DNA from: Trypethelium eluteriae
Lineage: Eukaryota
NCBI GenBank assembly: GCA_051942245.1
Contig: JAVECL010000042.1
Location: 1-64,000, forward strand
Direction of reading: 5' to 3'
Length of the DNA: 64,000 bases
The notes under the pieces are model-generated. The model made no database searches and was not told where the DNA came from. It saw only the letters and a list, made by a program, of their open reading frames with translations. The position numbers and the translations under genes were made by a program. Below, piece after piece: positions 9,638-22,485 of the stretch (the first letter of the stretch is position 1; every line of letters starts with the position of its first letter).

Positions 9638-12600
9638 ATGTTGCCACGCTCGACAAAGCACACTTGTATGTCAGCCCATGCGTTTAGTTTGCTATGGGCA
9701 TCATGCAAAAACGGACCGGGAAGTTACTCGTAAAGGTTGACTGTGGTAAAAATGAAGTATGCACTCGCAGCACTGCGGAGCTTCCATGTTATGCGATCTC
9801 CCATAGCTGCAGACAGTGACTTGCACCTCCTCTAATATCTTTGCCTGTTCATACTCATCTGTCGTTCTCATGCTTTCGTAACCACCAATCTCATGCTATT
9901 GTAGTGTACTCTGCAAGCTCGATGAAGAGTTCTGAAGCACGCAAGTATCGATACAGTGCACCATTCTTGACGCAGCCAGAGAGTTCGCACTGGAGCTGAG
10001 GATTGTACTTGTATATCGAGGGGCCATATGTTGTCGTTTCATTTCAGCCGCGAAGTACTCAATACATTGCTGCACGATTCTTTGGAGATATCTGAATGGG
10101 CCAGTGCATTACCGGGGACTCTTTTGAGACCTTTCAGATAGGACCAACTAGACTATAACAGTAGTACTCGGCACAAAACCCTGCAAAAATAATCATCGCC
10201 CAGACACGTCAGATCCATGTCTGGTCCAGGTTGACAGTGTTCATCGATATTACCATCCAATTATGAACAGTGAATCTGAAGCACATGGACCTGTATGGGA
10301 AATTGAGGATGGCTTCCAGTGGATGGGATTACCAAGGTTGTTTGTCTCTCTTCAAATCACATCCCGCATTCTTGATTTTCCCAATGACGTGCGCTGTTGA
10401 GACGTAAACACTTATCGAGTGATATCGAAACAACGTACCTGATCAGTCACGCGTAGCTCCTGTACATCACACATCAACACTCCATATCATTTCGGTTAAT
10501 TCTACAGCCATCACCTTGGTAAACAACTCGCGTAGTTGATCCACGCTAGCCGCCGCCGTTCTGTAAATATTTAAGGCTTTCACTCCCTCCCAGGACCTTC
10601 TCCCTTCCTTTCTTTAGTTGAGGCTCTACGCACCTGGAGGCGACCTACAGGGAAACCTCACAGAGTACGGATGGTTTGAAAAACCGTACTTCGAAACAGG
10701 GACGGCATACCTCGATCAGACCATTGTGCCCTTCTTGGTCGCCCTCACTACGCATTTTGTGTCACGCGTGTCTTCCTGAGGCAGGCTTGAGCCCAGCACG
10801 TTCGCCCCCGATGATGGGGTCACGATCGCACTTCTTGTAAAGCCATAAATCGCCCGATTGTGGGCCCAACGTGGCCAGTAGTCGAGGTTTTTTCGAGATC
10901 GGTCAGGCGCTCATTATAATCGGGGTAGCCTGCACTCCTCACATTCCCCGGTCGATACCAGAAGGGTCGTAGGACTTCGGTCTTGCGCTTTCGTCGTCGA
11001 TCTTCGCAGGCAGCAGAGCGTTGAAACCCTCTACATGAACTGACCACTCATGTGGAGGAGGGAGGCGGACTTAGAGAGCGGCATCTCTTGTCTGAAGTCG
11101 CTGCTTGTGTACCAAGAGCCTGGCATCCGTCCAATGGCGGCTCTGTGATAGGTTCGAACGGAGTTGCGGCTGGGGTTGGGGTCCCCCGAAGTTTGCGCTT
11201 TGCGTTCAGCCTGGGTCGGTGGGATAGCCACTCAGGTGTAATGGCCTTGCAGCCAGGGAGAAGTTGCGAGAGTCGAACCAGTGGAGGTTGCTCTGACTTC
11301 TCACCAAGGTGTGTCTCCTCCTTCTCGCTTTAGACTGACTAGGTAACATGGTGTCTGCCTTCTTTGGCACCGACTCGGCTTTGTCTCTCTTGCACTCCCC
11401 GGAGACAAAGCCCTCTTCTTTTTTTTTTTTCATCATAGCCTCTGCCTTGCGTGGAGCTTTGGGGAAGAAACGTGTTTGAGGATTATGGTGATTTTACGCG
11501 GGACTCGGAGTTCTCCCAGCACCCAATCTGGTTAGCTGCTTTTTTTTTCTATTTCAACCACTTGATCTCGCAACCGGCGTTCCAACCAATGAGTGGCAAC
11601 CTACCTTCAGTCACGACAGCTTACATTAGCTGAAGCGGACTAGTCGCGAAGAATTGCATATGATCCGACGACGCTTCCGAGCTTATTGTAAGTGCCTTGG
11701 CTTTTGCTTTGTTTTCGAGGTAGGCGGAAAAACGCAAGTACAATGTGAACATTACCTGAGTGTGGAGGATTTCTCATGATCTATGACTATCAGCGATGTC
11801 TTTGTTACTTGCTTATCATCATTGTCTGGCAGATAAGGCGATTAAATGTTCCTGTTTCAATGCCCCAACCATTTGTGTCAGCTCGCAACATTCGACTCTT
11901 CTTTCACGGTATTGCCTACCTTTTAATGCCTTATTGTCCTCCACTTCTTTGAAACCTACCTACGATCTCCGGCTCTGATCAATACCGGCAAGGTTTGTTT
12001 CTAATCTAATACGAAACTACCGCATTATCATGAGAGTGGGCAGCAGCGCGTCAAGCTTCTTTGTTCGACCCAGCAGGCAGGTTCAAATCAAACACCTCGC
12101 ATCTCCATAGACACGCTCAATCTATCACTTCCCTAAAACTCCGACAGTACTATATTTGGACTCTTGACTGCAATATGCCTTCTCGAAGCATCGATAAATA
12201 TATCCGGTGATCAATCAACGGCGAGGACTCGGGACTAGACCACAGCAAGCTAGCCTACAGCCTATTCCAAGCCAGCTCAGAGACAGACTCCCTCTCCCGT
12301 TAGAGCGGAGTGAATGGCAAAACTTCATATGCAGGTCCTCTTACGAGATCGGACTTGCGGTGGGCTCGCTTCTCATCTGCGTTGGAAAAAAAGGGAAAAC
12401 CGGCGCGAACGAGAGCAGATCAAGGCGAAGCTATGGGAGGAGCTTTGCGAAGCCGGAAGACGAGTAGAGAGAGATAGAGTTGTGGCTAGGCGAGGTAAGG
12501 GGAGCTTGATCCGCTCCAATAGCTGGTAAGCAGTTGATGAACCGACCCTGTTTTCAGCACACTTGCGAGTGGGTTCTTTGCCATGTGAGATAAGTCAACT

Positions 12601-12842
12601 GCTACTTGTGATTCCATTAATATACCTGGTCTGATACCTTCGTTGCATCAAGTCACGCTTAAGTTACCTGGCACTTATGACTCCTAAACGCATGGATCAT
12701 CGAAATGTGTGCTATGAGTTTGTCCTTTCTACATTAAATCTTGATCCTAGTTGACGAGTACTGATCTTGCGAGACTGGGCCCTTGAACATACTGTAAAAG
12801 CAAAGTATAGCCACGGTTCTCTAACATTATTATCAAGATGAC

Positions 12843-13433
12843 CTAACCCTGTGACCTTTTCTCAAAATCACTCCAGTCTTGCAATAAGTCCTCAAATATG
12901 CGCCCATCTTCTGGCTGATCATTATCGCTGCTCTTGATGGGCAACGGCCCGGCTTCTTCTAGCGCCTCCCCAAGCTCGGTCGTGTCACCCTCACGGTGTC
13001 GCTTCCTACCACCAGCCTGCAGCCAAAAACTTAAACACGTCAGCAGTATAACCAGTCCTACTTCATGCCAGCGATCTTTCCCTGCACCCTCCTGAAGCGC
13101 AAGTTGCGACGTCTGCCAATTTCTTCGCTCATCTGCGATTCGGATACGGCCTTGTCGAGGCTTGGTTCGAAGTCCTCTTTTCTGATTTCCTATTTCGCTT
13201 ATCGTGTATAAACTATTCACACCAGCTCCAAGGTGCTGCTTTCTCCTGCCAAGGGAATGGGATTCCAGCATCCACCTATGGTGAAAGTAATACTCCACTT
13301 GTCCATTCAACACTCCGTGGGGACCGTATCTGGGTTTACCCAAAATGGGGTGTTCATGTCGACAGCTTTGCTTAATTTGTGTTTGTAAGCTTGACGTGTT
13401 GCATATTAAATTGGTGAACTTGTTTCGTAACAT
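12843..13433 (-). CDS. Hypothetical protein (196-aa ORF; may be spliced or decayed)
   Basis: ATG-initiated ORF with TATA-like tatatatt upstream; no family recognised. Confidence 0.3.
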   Translation of the reverse strand: MLRNKFTNLICNTSSLQTQIKQSCRHEHPILGKPRYGPHGVLNGQVEYYFHHRWMLESHSLGRRKQHLGAGVNSLYTISEIGNQKRGLRTKPRQGRIRIADERRNWQTSQLALQEGAGKDRWHEVGLVILLTCLSFWLQAGGRKRHREGDTTELGEALEEAGPLPIKSSDNDQPEDGRIFEDLLQDWSDFEKRSQG

Positions 13434-14735
13434 TTCGAAAGCGAGTAATTGGGAAGCGAGACGCTGAGATTCAAGAAACGATGAAAACGGACGATAGTTC
13501 GTAGCCTATGCTTTAATATATATGTATCGAGGCAAACTTGGGGACCTTCAATTTGCAACATTCACATGCCAAAATCTGTCGTGTTCCACGGACGAGTTGG
13601 GGGTTTGAGGACTTCCCTAAACAGAATTCTTGGTACGGTTCAATAATAGCTGTATTGGAAAACATAAAGTTTTGCCCATCCCACGAAGGGGGGATTCTTG
13701 TCTTCCGGTAATAGAGTAAAATCCCGTAGCTACTTCATTTCAACAAATCCCCAAATATACGGATAGGCAATCATATCCGTACAAGGTCCAAGCGCCCTCG
13801 ACAAGATTTCAAGTGTGACAATTTTGGTGTATATTGTCTGCGACGAATAAGGCCCGACAAAGCAACTTGTCACGATAGAAATGCGACTCCACATTTTTGC
13901 GCAAAGGAGGGGTAGTCTGCGGCCTAGGATATCTAGACTCGAATTGGCCCCTTCTTGGCTCCAGTGGCTTCCCTAAAGAATGAGTCTCCCATACCTTCGG
14001 TGGAAGTACTCCGGGGTGTTGGAACCCAAAGCGCTGTTGTAGATCAACCTGAAGGTTTCCAAATTAGGCGTAGTGCAGTTGAGGCACCCACCCGCTTGCC
14101 CTGAAACCTAGATTAGGTAGGTATAGAGTAGAGTACCAAGAATTCCACCATAACAGCATCAGCTCAGAACCTCGACGAGTGCACGCCTGTTAGCGTGGTA
14201 CTGTATCAAGATCTATTGCAGACTATAGCATACAGATCCGATGCGAATCATTGCCTTGGTCTCACCGCTATTGACACGATCATTCGGCGACTCGCAATTC
14301 GTTGCCAAGTCATCACCTATGCGATCTGCGGAGGCAGTGCAAACAAGGGGCAGCGAATCCAGAACTTGCAATAAAATTCCAAATACGACTACCTGGTTCA
14401 CTTCAATTAGGTACGCAGAAAGCTATCCAAGCTGTATCAACCGAGCACAATTTGGTAAATACTTCTGACGTCTATGAATTCTCTAGTATCCTCAGTGGAT
14501 CTTAGCCACGGCGTTCTCTTTTCTCTTCTCAATCCAATCCTAAAGACCGGAGGGGATGAGAATTAGTACCACCTCCCTGAGAAATAAGTCGGGCTTAGAA
14601 CTTTCATACCCCTGAATCCACGACACATGTTGCGGATTCTCTCCCTATACTTTCCGGGTGGCTTATCTGCCAAGGATATTCATATGTCAGAGGTCTTACG
14701 GTAGACTGTCTAGACCAACATCTTTCTTTCCAGCC

Positions 14736-16840
14736 ATGTCCTTATGTAAGTCTGACAACTTTAGATTCATGATGCTCCCCAACATATAAATGGCTGGAAC
14801 TGCAGAAGTCTAATCTCCTGATCTCCACAGCGATTTGCAATAGATGTAAAAGGATACCTCTCGCACCTCCAAGGCTTGAGTTCAGGGTTCAACATCATTC
14901 GACGTTCGAAGAGTTGGATGATTCGGCCCGGAACGGATGCCGTATTTGTCTTCTGTTTAGAAAAGTGCTGCTGGAATACTATTCCTACCATCTATCATGC
15001 TCAGCAGAGCATGCAGAATCTTACCATCGATCGATAGACCAGAAGTACCCACAAAAAAGACATGAGCAGAGCGGTGAAGTGGAAGCCTGTGCATTTTTCG
15101 TTGAACTAAGTGAGTCTTATCTTGACGACATTTCTACGCGAGATGAGCTTGCATTTCAGGGATTGAAGTATGTTCGCCAGGATCCTGCGTCTGCCTATTA
15201 TCCGCTGGATCTCGTATACCCTTACGTAGACGTGCTTTCTCTATCAGGTACACCTAACATCAATAGCTGCTAACGCCACTCATGCTGACAGCAAATAAGG
15301 TAGCACAGGTCAAAAACTGTGGAACATTATGGGCAGACCAGTCCCACCTGTGATTGACTTTCAATTGGCTGAGTCTTGGCTTTCTGACTGTTGTCAAAAT
15401 GACGAGTCCTGCTCTACAGCGTCTGACGCTCGACTACCCACACGTATTCTTGATTTGGGTCCTCCGAATTCCTCTCAAGACCTGTGCGTATTGGTCACCG
15501 GCGAAGCATACGAGCGCTACGCAACTCTAAGTCACTGTTGGGGAACATCACGTCCATTGGAGCTGAAATCACAGAATTTCGAGGATTTTCAGAAGAGAAT
15601 TGCCTTCGATACTCTACCGAAAACATTTCAAGATGCTGTTACCGCCACGAGATCACTCAGGCTACGATATCTCTGGATAGATTCGCTGTGTATTATACAG
15701 GACTCTCGGTCTGATTGGGAGGATCAATGTGCTAAGATGGCACAAATCTATGCAGGCTCATTTGTGACTCTAGCTGGTCCGGCAGCATCCGGCTGCCAAT
15801 CTGGGTTCCTCTCTTTACGTCCGATACCATACCACTTACAACTGGAAGTCTCGGATGGTGAGAACTACGATAATATCATCCTCGCATATAATAGCACAAG
15901 ACGGCTATTAGGAAGATTTAAGCCGGAACCAAATTCTCCGCTAGCTGAAAGGGCTTGGGTGTTACAGGAGAGGCTCCTTTCCCGCCGAATTCTCTACTTC
16001 GGGAGTACAAGAATGTACTTCGAGTGCTTCACGAAGACCCGATTCGAGGACTGCCATTACCCTAAAGTTTGGGATCCCATCAGCGCTGGTATGGTTAGGA
16101 AACTAAGGATCGCGCATATCGGATCCTTTCCTGAGTGTTTTGCGTATTGGGAAGAGCTTATCACAACCTATTCACGTATGAAGTTGACTCATGCGACTGA
16201 TAGGCTTCCTGCCCTGTCTGGTCTTGCTTCAGACTTTCAAGGGGTAATCGGGGCCCGATATCTGGCCGGAGTGTGGGAGAATGACATTGTGAGGGAATTA
16301 GCTTGGAGAATCTTATCCAATGAAATGGTCAAACCTCCAGCAATATTGTCATCCGACTACATTGCTCCATCTTGGTCGTGGGCTGCTGCCAGTCGAGGCA
16401 TTCATTTCGCGTTTGATAACCGTGACAAGCCGATGCACACTGGCATCCGGGTAGTGGATTCTGACGTGACTATAAAAGGACTTAATCCACTCGGCGCAGT
16501 GGAGCATGGATGGATCGATTTAAAGGGTATGGTGCTGGACTGTGTTGTTGAACAAGACCTGGAGAGAGAACTCCCTACTTATTATGTTCACTCAGGTGAA
16601 CCTCATTACGACGAGCTATCGGCATATTTCCCGGATAATCCTCCAACACCTGAACAGCTCGGATCTCCTGCAATGCTGCTCTATTTAGGTCAAGATGCTA
16701 GCGCAAAATGTGCAGCCCTGGTCATTGAGCCGATCGTCCAGAACAAGAATGCATTTCGGCGGACTGGTCTGGCTTTTGGTACTAATCCCTTACGTGGCAA
16801 GTTTGAAGATGCCTACGAGAGACAATTACGCATGTTATAA
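14736..16840 (+). CDS. HET-domain (heterokaryon incompatibility) protein, about 655 aa, with N-terminal Cys/His motif
   Basis: Exons 14736-14745, 14831-15247 and 15300 (or 15309)-16840 join in frame. Motifs LPTRILDL, YATLSHCWG, LPKTFQDAV, YLWIDSLCIIQD, RAWVLQERLLS, DRLPALSG, APSWSWA. Confidence 0.9.
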
Positions 16841-16879
16841 TAAGCTATTCTCGAAGTTCAATTCTTGACATTGAACACT

Positions 16880-17176
16880 GTTGGCTAGGGATTAGGGATA
16901 ATTCACAGTATTCTTCCTTCCGGATGTCATCATAGCCTACTATGTGCCAAGATGTCCAACTTTTGATTCTGCTAGTCCCTGACTCCACCGCTTTCATGAC
17001 GAGCCACGAAGTATCGGGAATCTGCTGCTTAAGAATCGGAATGACAGCTTCTGCGTGCTTTGCAGGATCTGGAAGCATGCTTTGGGCGACAGCGTCGTTC
17101 GTAAGGCTGCAGCATGAGTGCGTGCAAGAATGGGAATATCTTCAAGGGTCGCGACCTCAATACTTGTAGATGCCAT
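16880..17176 (-). pseudogene. Frameshifted, truncated GNAT-like acetyltransferase remnant
   Basis: MASTSIEVATLEDIPILARTHAAA, then a 1-nt shift near 17103, then TNDAVAQSMLPDPAKH...WLVMKAVESGTSRIKSWTSW. Resembles fungal GNAT N-termini; the acetyl-CoA-binding half is missing. Confidence 0.5.
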
Positions 17177-17192
17177 GGGAATGACTGTGATA

Positions 17193-17430
17193 CAGTCACC
17201 CGCCGAAGGTACTGCCCTATCCACCAAAAGAGGCCAGCTTTAACAGTAATTATCTCAACAAAACTATTACATAACTATTTAGTCCTCGATTGTTTATGAT
17301 ATGGTGGTCTTTCGCTATATTGAGATTTACATTAAATTTTTAATATTAATAGTGTGTATTTTGTTGAGATAATCACTGTCAAAGTTGGCAAATTTTTGGT
17401 ATATGGAGCAGAACTTTTGGCGAGTGACTG
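17193..17430. mobile_element. MITE-like non-autonomous DNA transposon, 238 bp, about 70-bp imperfect TIRs starting CAGTCAC
   Basis: Left cagtcacccgccgaaggtactgccctatccaccaaaagaggccagctttaacagtaattatctcaacaaaa versus right reverse complement cagtcactcgccaaaagttctgctccatataccaaaaatttgccaactttgacagtgattatctcaacaaaa. AT-rich interior; TGATA on both flanks. Confidence 0.85.
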
Positions 17431-17894
17431 TGATAGAAGAATGATTCGATAGCTAGAGCGTGAAGGGAAAGGTTGAGTAGAAGGGAAGTGGCGGTAAGTC
17501 AAGGCTACTTGGTGATTCGCGGGTCTCCACCGAAATCCTTAGGGGCCGAGGGTAGATACTGTATCACATTGCCACTACTCAGTATTCCTATAGATGAAGA
17601 CTAATGAAGAAGCGCCAAGACTGGCACTCGATAATAGCGAGGGGATTTTATCCCATGAGTCAGACTATGTTTCGCAGCTCCAGGTTCGACAAAATCCTAA
17701 GGACGAAGTTGATTCAGCGAGAGATGAGGTCGATTTTAAGACTAGAGAGATTGACAACTGAGATGGGACACTGCCAACGGTGTCGGCCCATGTAATACTG
17801 AAAACCATGATCGAAGATGAACAACAGATCAAATTCTATGCCAAGCCTTCCGCCTTTCCACTTCAGTCTTCAGGTGAGCCAAATCACCCAGCCG

Positions 17895-18272
17895 TTAGAA
17901 AGTACTGCAGTTAAACCCGCTCACAGCCGGGTACTCCTGACTCAGCACACGATTCACCACCAAAATTCCGTCAGCATCCGGCCCGTCGAAGTACAGCTGC
18001 GTATTGCCATTCCCGTCATCAATGCATCGCCAATTCAAGATCAGGCCACTCGCATCTTGGAGGGCGTGGTAGACATTGTCACATCCGGTGCCGTTTGCGT
18101 ACGTAACGCCGATGTCGATATCAAAGGATTGGGATAGGACATGATTTGTCACGTAGCAGGACTGAGTATTTGGAGCCACAGTCCGTTTGTTGACGGTCGG
18201 AGCGGCGAGGGAGGGGCTGATGCCGGCGCAGCTGAGTGCTAGTAGGGCAAATTTGAAGACTTGAGAGTACAT
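17895..18272 (-). CDS. Small secreted cysteine-containing protein, 125 aa
   Basis: Hydrophobic signal peptide, pro-region ending in KR (Kex2-type site), 4 Cys in the mature part, TATAAAA about 150 bp upstream. Confidence 0.8.
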   Translation of the reverse strand: MYSQVFKFALLALSCAGISPSLAAPTVNKRTVAPNTQSCYVTNHVLSQSFDIDIGVTYANGTGCDNVYHALQDASGLILNWRCIDDGNGNTQLYFDGPDADGILVVNRVLSQEYPAVSGFNCSTF

Positions 18273-21200
18273 TGTAGAGGACGTATGTGAGGGTCGAAGA
18301 TGGAGTTTATCTGGATGAGGAGGTGCGGTGACAATAAAGATCTTGGGGTTTGGTACTTCGAAACCGATTCTCTGCTGCTGTTGTCTAAGATGATATATTT
18401 GATGTGCAAACGCGCGGCCTTTTATAATTCAGCATGCCTTGAATTCTCGAGCTTCGTAGAAGATGTGGTTGGTCAGAACTCCGGAACAAAGAAAATAAAA
18501 CTCTGCGCTCCTGGAGAGAGTTAATCGTTGGTTCTCAAAGTCAATCACAAGCAATACGGTGTCACGGCGTCCAATCTCCAAGATGTGCACCCCCAAGCTC
18601 TCGCGTAGGAAGTCTTCGTTGTTTACCTGAAAACTGGAAGACTTTACTCCTGACCAATTTCATGGCTATGACTCGTAGCAAATTGCTCTTTGTCTGTATT
18701 CTGCTGACCTTGTCTTACGTCGCCATCCTCTTGGAAAATGTCTCATCCTATCAAGTGTTGCACTAGAGACTTACTTTTCCAGTTTCTATGGTACAAATGT
18801 GGCAGCACTGTAGTTGATGTATCTCCGGCATTGATCGGCAGAAATGATGTAGCTCAATGAAAATGTCACTCGAGAGGGTTAAACAAGCCTCTGCAACTTA
18901 TCTATCTTCCCAAAACAGCAAGTTTCTGATCTGGAAATGCTCAGTTGCCTAAATGATAAGAACTGAATGTTAGCGCTGTGGGAAACGAATACGAGACTAA
19001 TCCCGCTGTGTGCTAGCAGCCATTCATGCATCTCAAAGACCCTGAGCAATACCTATAAGTTGTTCTCGCATTTGGATGCTCTATCTCCGCGACTCAAGTT
19101 TGGTCTTGCCCGACTGTTATGGTGCACTGGACGCTGACGTGTAACCAAAATTTAGAGCCTTGGTCTTTCCCACGCTCTTCAGGCCACGCGTTTTCTCGTA
19201 AAACCCTCCCCCTCCAGCTGCTCCACATACGCCGCAATCTCTGCCACACAACACTATCCAGTTGATCCGCTGGCTCATTATCGATCACAGCCTCATGAAG
19301 CCGCATGCCAGTCTGCTCAGCCGGAATCATGTCAATACAGCCCTCCTGTCCACCTGATCGGATCATCGGCCCGGAAATAACCACAAAGCGGACGAATCTG
19401 TCCAACACTGGCTTGTTTAGCCCAGGCTAAGACCGTGGGCCGGCATGAAGCGACGAAGCGACGCTAACACCACTGCCTCTCGCTTCGTCCACTAAAGATC
19501 TGTGCACTGACTCAGCAGTTCGCAACATAACCGTTTGAGCCGTTGGTCAAGGGTATCTGCGACTGCCACCGAAGTTATCCTGATGCTACTAATGACTTCG
19601 CGTAGAACGCCTGGCAATGAGGTGGGGTTGAACCACCACGCAGTGAGCGGCTAGCCTCCTCAGTCCTCTGATGGCGCTGACGTTGCAGGAGCGGAGCATG
19701 TGGTACTCATTCCGGAGAGAATGTTTGGCATCTAAATGCAGGATTACGTACACCTCTCCTGATGTTTCTTTGAAGCAAGCATCTCAGTGGCCAAGCCTAG
19801 GAGCCGGCTGTCGTCCAGTGAAAGACAACTTTGGGTCATCTGACGGCCAGTTTCGTGGTGTCTCCCTGGGAGCCTTGTGCCATGAAGCGGATCATGCTCT
19901 TGCTCGAGCTTGAAGCGAGCTGGCGCTGAATCTATTCAGTGAAGAAACGTGTCACACTAGTTAGGAGCCTATTCGCTGTTCGAAACAAACTTATCAAGGA
20001 GTGACTGGTCTATAGATGCCAAGATTTGATGATGTTATCTCCTTGCCCCGGTCGATCACGTTGTCGCCGAAGCCCGCTTGGATCTCTGGCACCATTTTGC
20101 CTGCTGTGTCTGCTTCGAGGCATTCGACATGGCTATTCACGGCGTCGGACGCGTTGAGGATTCGAGGCTGGAGGCGTACAATGCTACCGACCCGATAGAG
20201 ACTGGTCATAGGAATCATTTCTGCCCGAACAGAAGGCTGCCTTAGACTTCATACCATGTTAATGTATGCAGGTAGCCCTTCTCCGTGTGATATCCATTAG
20301 ATGCTCGTACTGTACTGGAAAGACAGTCCCTCGTGGGTTTGCAGGAGCAACTCCTACGCGATCTAGATAGACAAAGGCTACCTTAGTTCGACATGCGATA
20401 GGGCGGGTCTGGCGAACATTGGGCCTTCTACCAGTCCCTTTCCTCAAGCGAAACTGTACACAAGTCATCGCTACCAACTTTCGGCGATTCTTGCTCAGAT
20501 CTTTCTGGTACTTTTTCCATACATCTTCGCGTAACAATTCACTGATCAGCCCTGCCGCGAATTCACATCAACGCTTTCCTCTTCCTCCAACCGCTGGGAC
20601 AGAGCAGCGTTTTTTTATCTTCATTTGACACAAGCTTATTATGAAGGTAACGGGCTTCGATTCGCGAATGTGCATCTGTATTAGCTACGACAATGGAGAA
20701 ACACTATTTGACAGCAATTCAGGTCGCCTTGTTAAAACCGACTTCACGCGCCTGATCGGTCTGGGGTCGAGCACGGAGTAATCACCAATCCGACGGAGAT
20801 TCGCATTTCACCGATGACATGCAGTATTCAGGTGTCGTCCAGATATGATGTTCCCGCACTTGGGCACTCACAGTTGAGAATACGAGAGCGTAGCATTGAA
20901 TAATGTGAACCTCGCCAATAATGGCTAGTCACTGTTTGATTGGTTTGACCTTGACTGTTGCTGGAGAATTGGACCCGGGTTCAGAGACTCGAAAGATATC
21001 AGAGGTCAACAAATAACCGAAAGTGAAGACCGCTGAGGATTGCAAGATGGACATGGGCTGCTAAGTCCGATTGGCCCTGGCGACTACCAGTAGGAGATAA
21101 GCGGTTAACTCCAGCTAGTTTCCTTACCTAACTTATCTTTGTAGGGCATTGCTTATTTTCTGAAGGAGCCGAAGTCTCCCAACAGCCAATGCAGGCTGCA

Positions 21201-21325
21201 CTTCAATCGCTTTGCTCTTAGGAGTTCCTTCTTCGTGAATAACTTCGCATGTGCCGTTGAGAGCGACCACAGCCTATGTAGCTCCATACCTCTCGGACTG
21301 ACGTACAGTCTGCATTTCGCTTGCA

Positions 21326-22369
21326 ATGGCCACCAAAAAGACTATAGTCGTAGTTGGCGCAACTGGTAGACAAGGAGGATCCGTCGTCGACACCTTTCTT
21401 GACCTCTCGAACTGGCACGTCCGCGCCATCACTCGTGATCCGTCTTCATAGGCTGCAAAGGCCCTGAGCGCAAAAGGTAAGAATTTCGGGAGAGCCAGTC
21501 TTACACAGGACTGATCAAGGCTAACGTTCAAAGGTGCGGAGGTTGTGAGCGCTGACCTAGGGGACCCGGTATCTCTTACCGCTGCCTTCGCCAACGCCAA
21601 TGCCATTTTCCTCAATACCGACTTCTGGACAGTCTTCTACCCTGCTAAAGCAAGTCTGGAGGCGGAGAACAAGGATGTAGCTGCTGCCAGTCATACGGCA
21701 TTCGAGGCTGAGACTAGGTATGGGAAGAATGCAGCCGTGGCAGCGGCCGCAGTGCCCACGCTCGAACGGATTGTCGTTTCCAGCCTGGGATCTGTGAGCG
21801 TTGGGGGCAAATATACGCGGTCTCTGCATCCCGAAGCCAAAAACTGGACCAAGGAGTATATCGAGCGTGAGCAGCCGGCCCTTGCGGCGAAGATGTCAGT
21901 CATCTACCTCGGTGCGTATAGCACAAACCGCTTGTTGGCGCCGACACTGGACAAAAGCACTGGCAAATTTAAGTTTGTATCGCCGATTCACGACCATATT
22001 CGTCTGCCTGTCATCGATCCGCAAAAGTCCACTGGTCTCTTCGTGCGCGAGCTGATTGAGGATGAAGCGCCCGGGATCAAGCTGCTCGCGTATGATAGCG
22101 ATCTGACGATCGGCCAGATAGTAGAGGTATTGTCTAAGGCAAGCGGCAAAGAAGCCATGTATGTGCCTGTGACTACGCAGGATATGCACAAAATGGGCGC
22201 GCTATGGGAGCATCTTGATGCTATAGATTTTCTCAATGAACACGACTATGAGGCTAGTGTACCCGGCGTTATCCGGCCGTCGCAGTTGAAGACGAAGGTT
22301 GAAACTAAGCCATTTGAAGAATGGTTGAAGGAGCAAGACTGGGATGCGGTGCTGGCTCCACCAGCGTAG
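21326..22369 (+). pseudogene. NmrA-like NAD(P)-binding protein interrupted by one in-frame TAG
   Basis: MATKKTIVVVGATGRQGGSV (Rossmann motif), RAITRDPSS*AAKAL with TAG at 21449-21451, intron 21477-21533, remainder open. Confidence 0.75.
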
Positions 22370-22485
22370 TTACTTAGACAGCTCTGTATTGCAGAATCTC
22401 CCACTTTCGCTATTTGGCGACCTCAATCTACAAAATTAGTAGCCCAGATTTCTGAAGTAGGCACGTCAACAAGCCAGGACGCCTA

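Noticed and set aside
9700..12530. Short ORFs with coding-like composition (10820-11436 minus, 12207-12529 plus)
   Set aside because: Frequent stops and shifts with no recognisable family; possibly relics, but unsupported.
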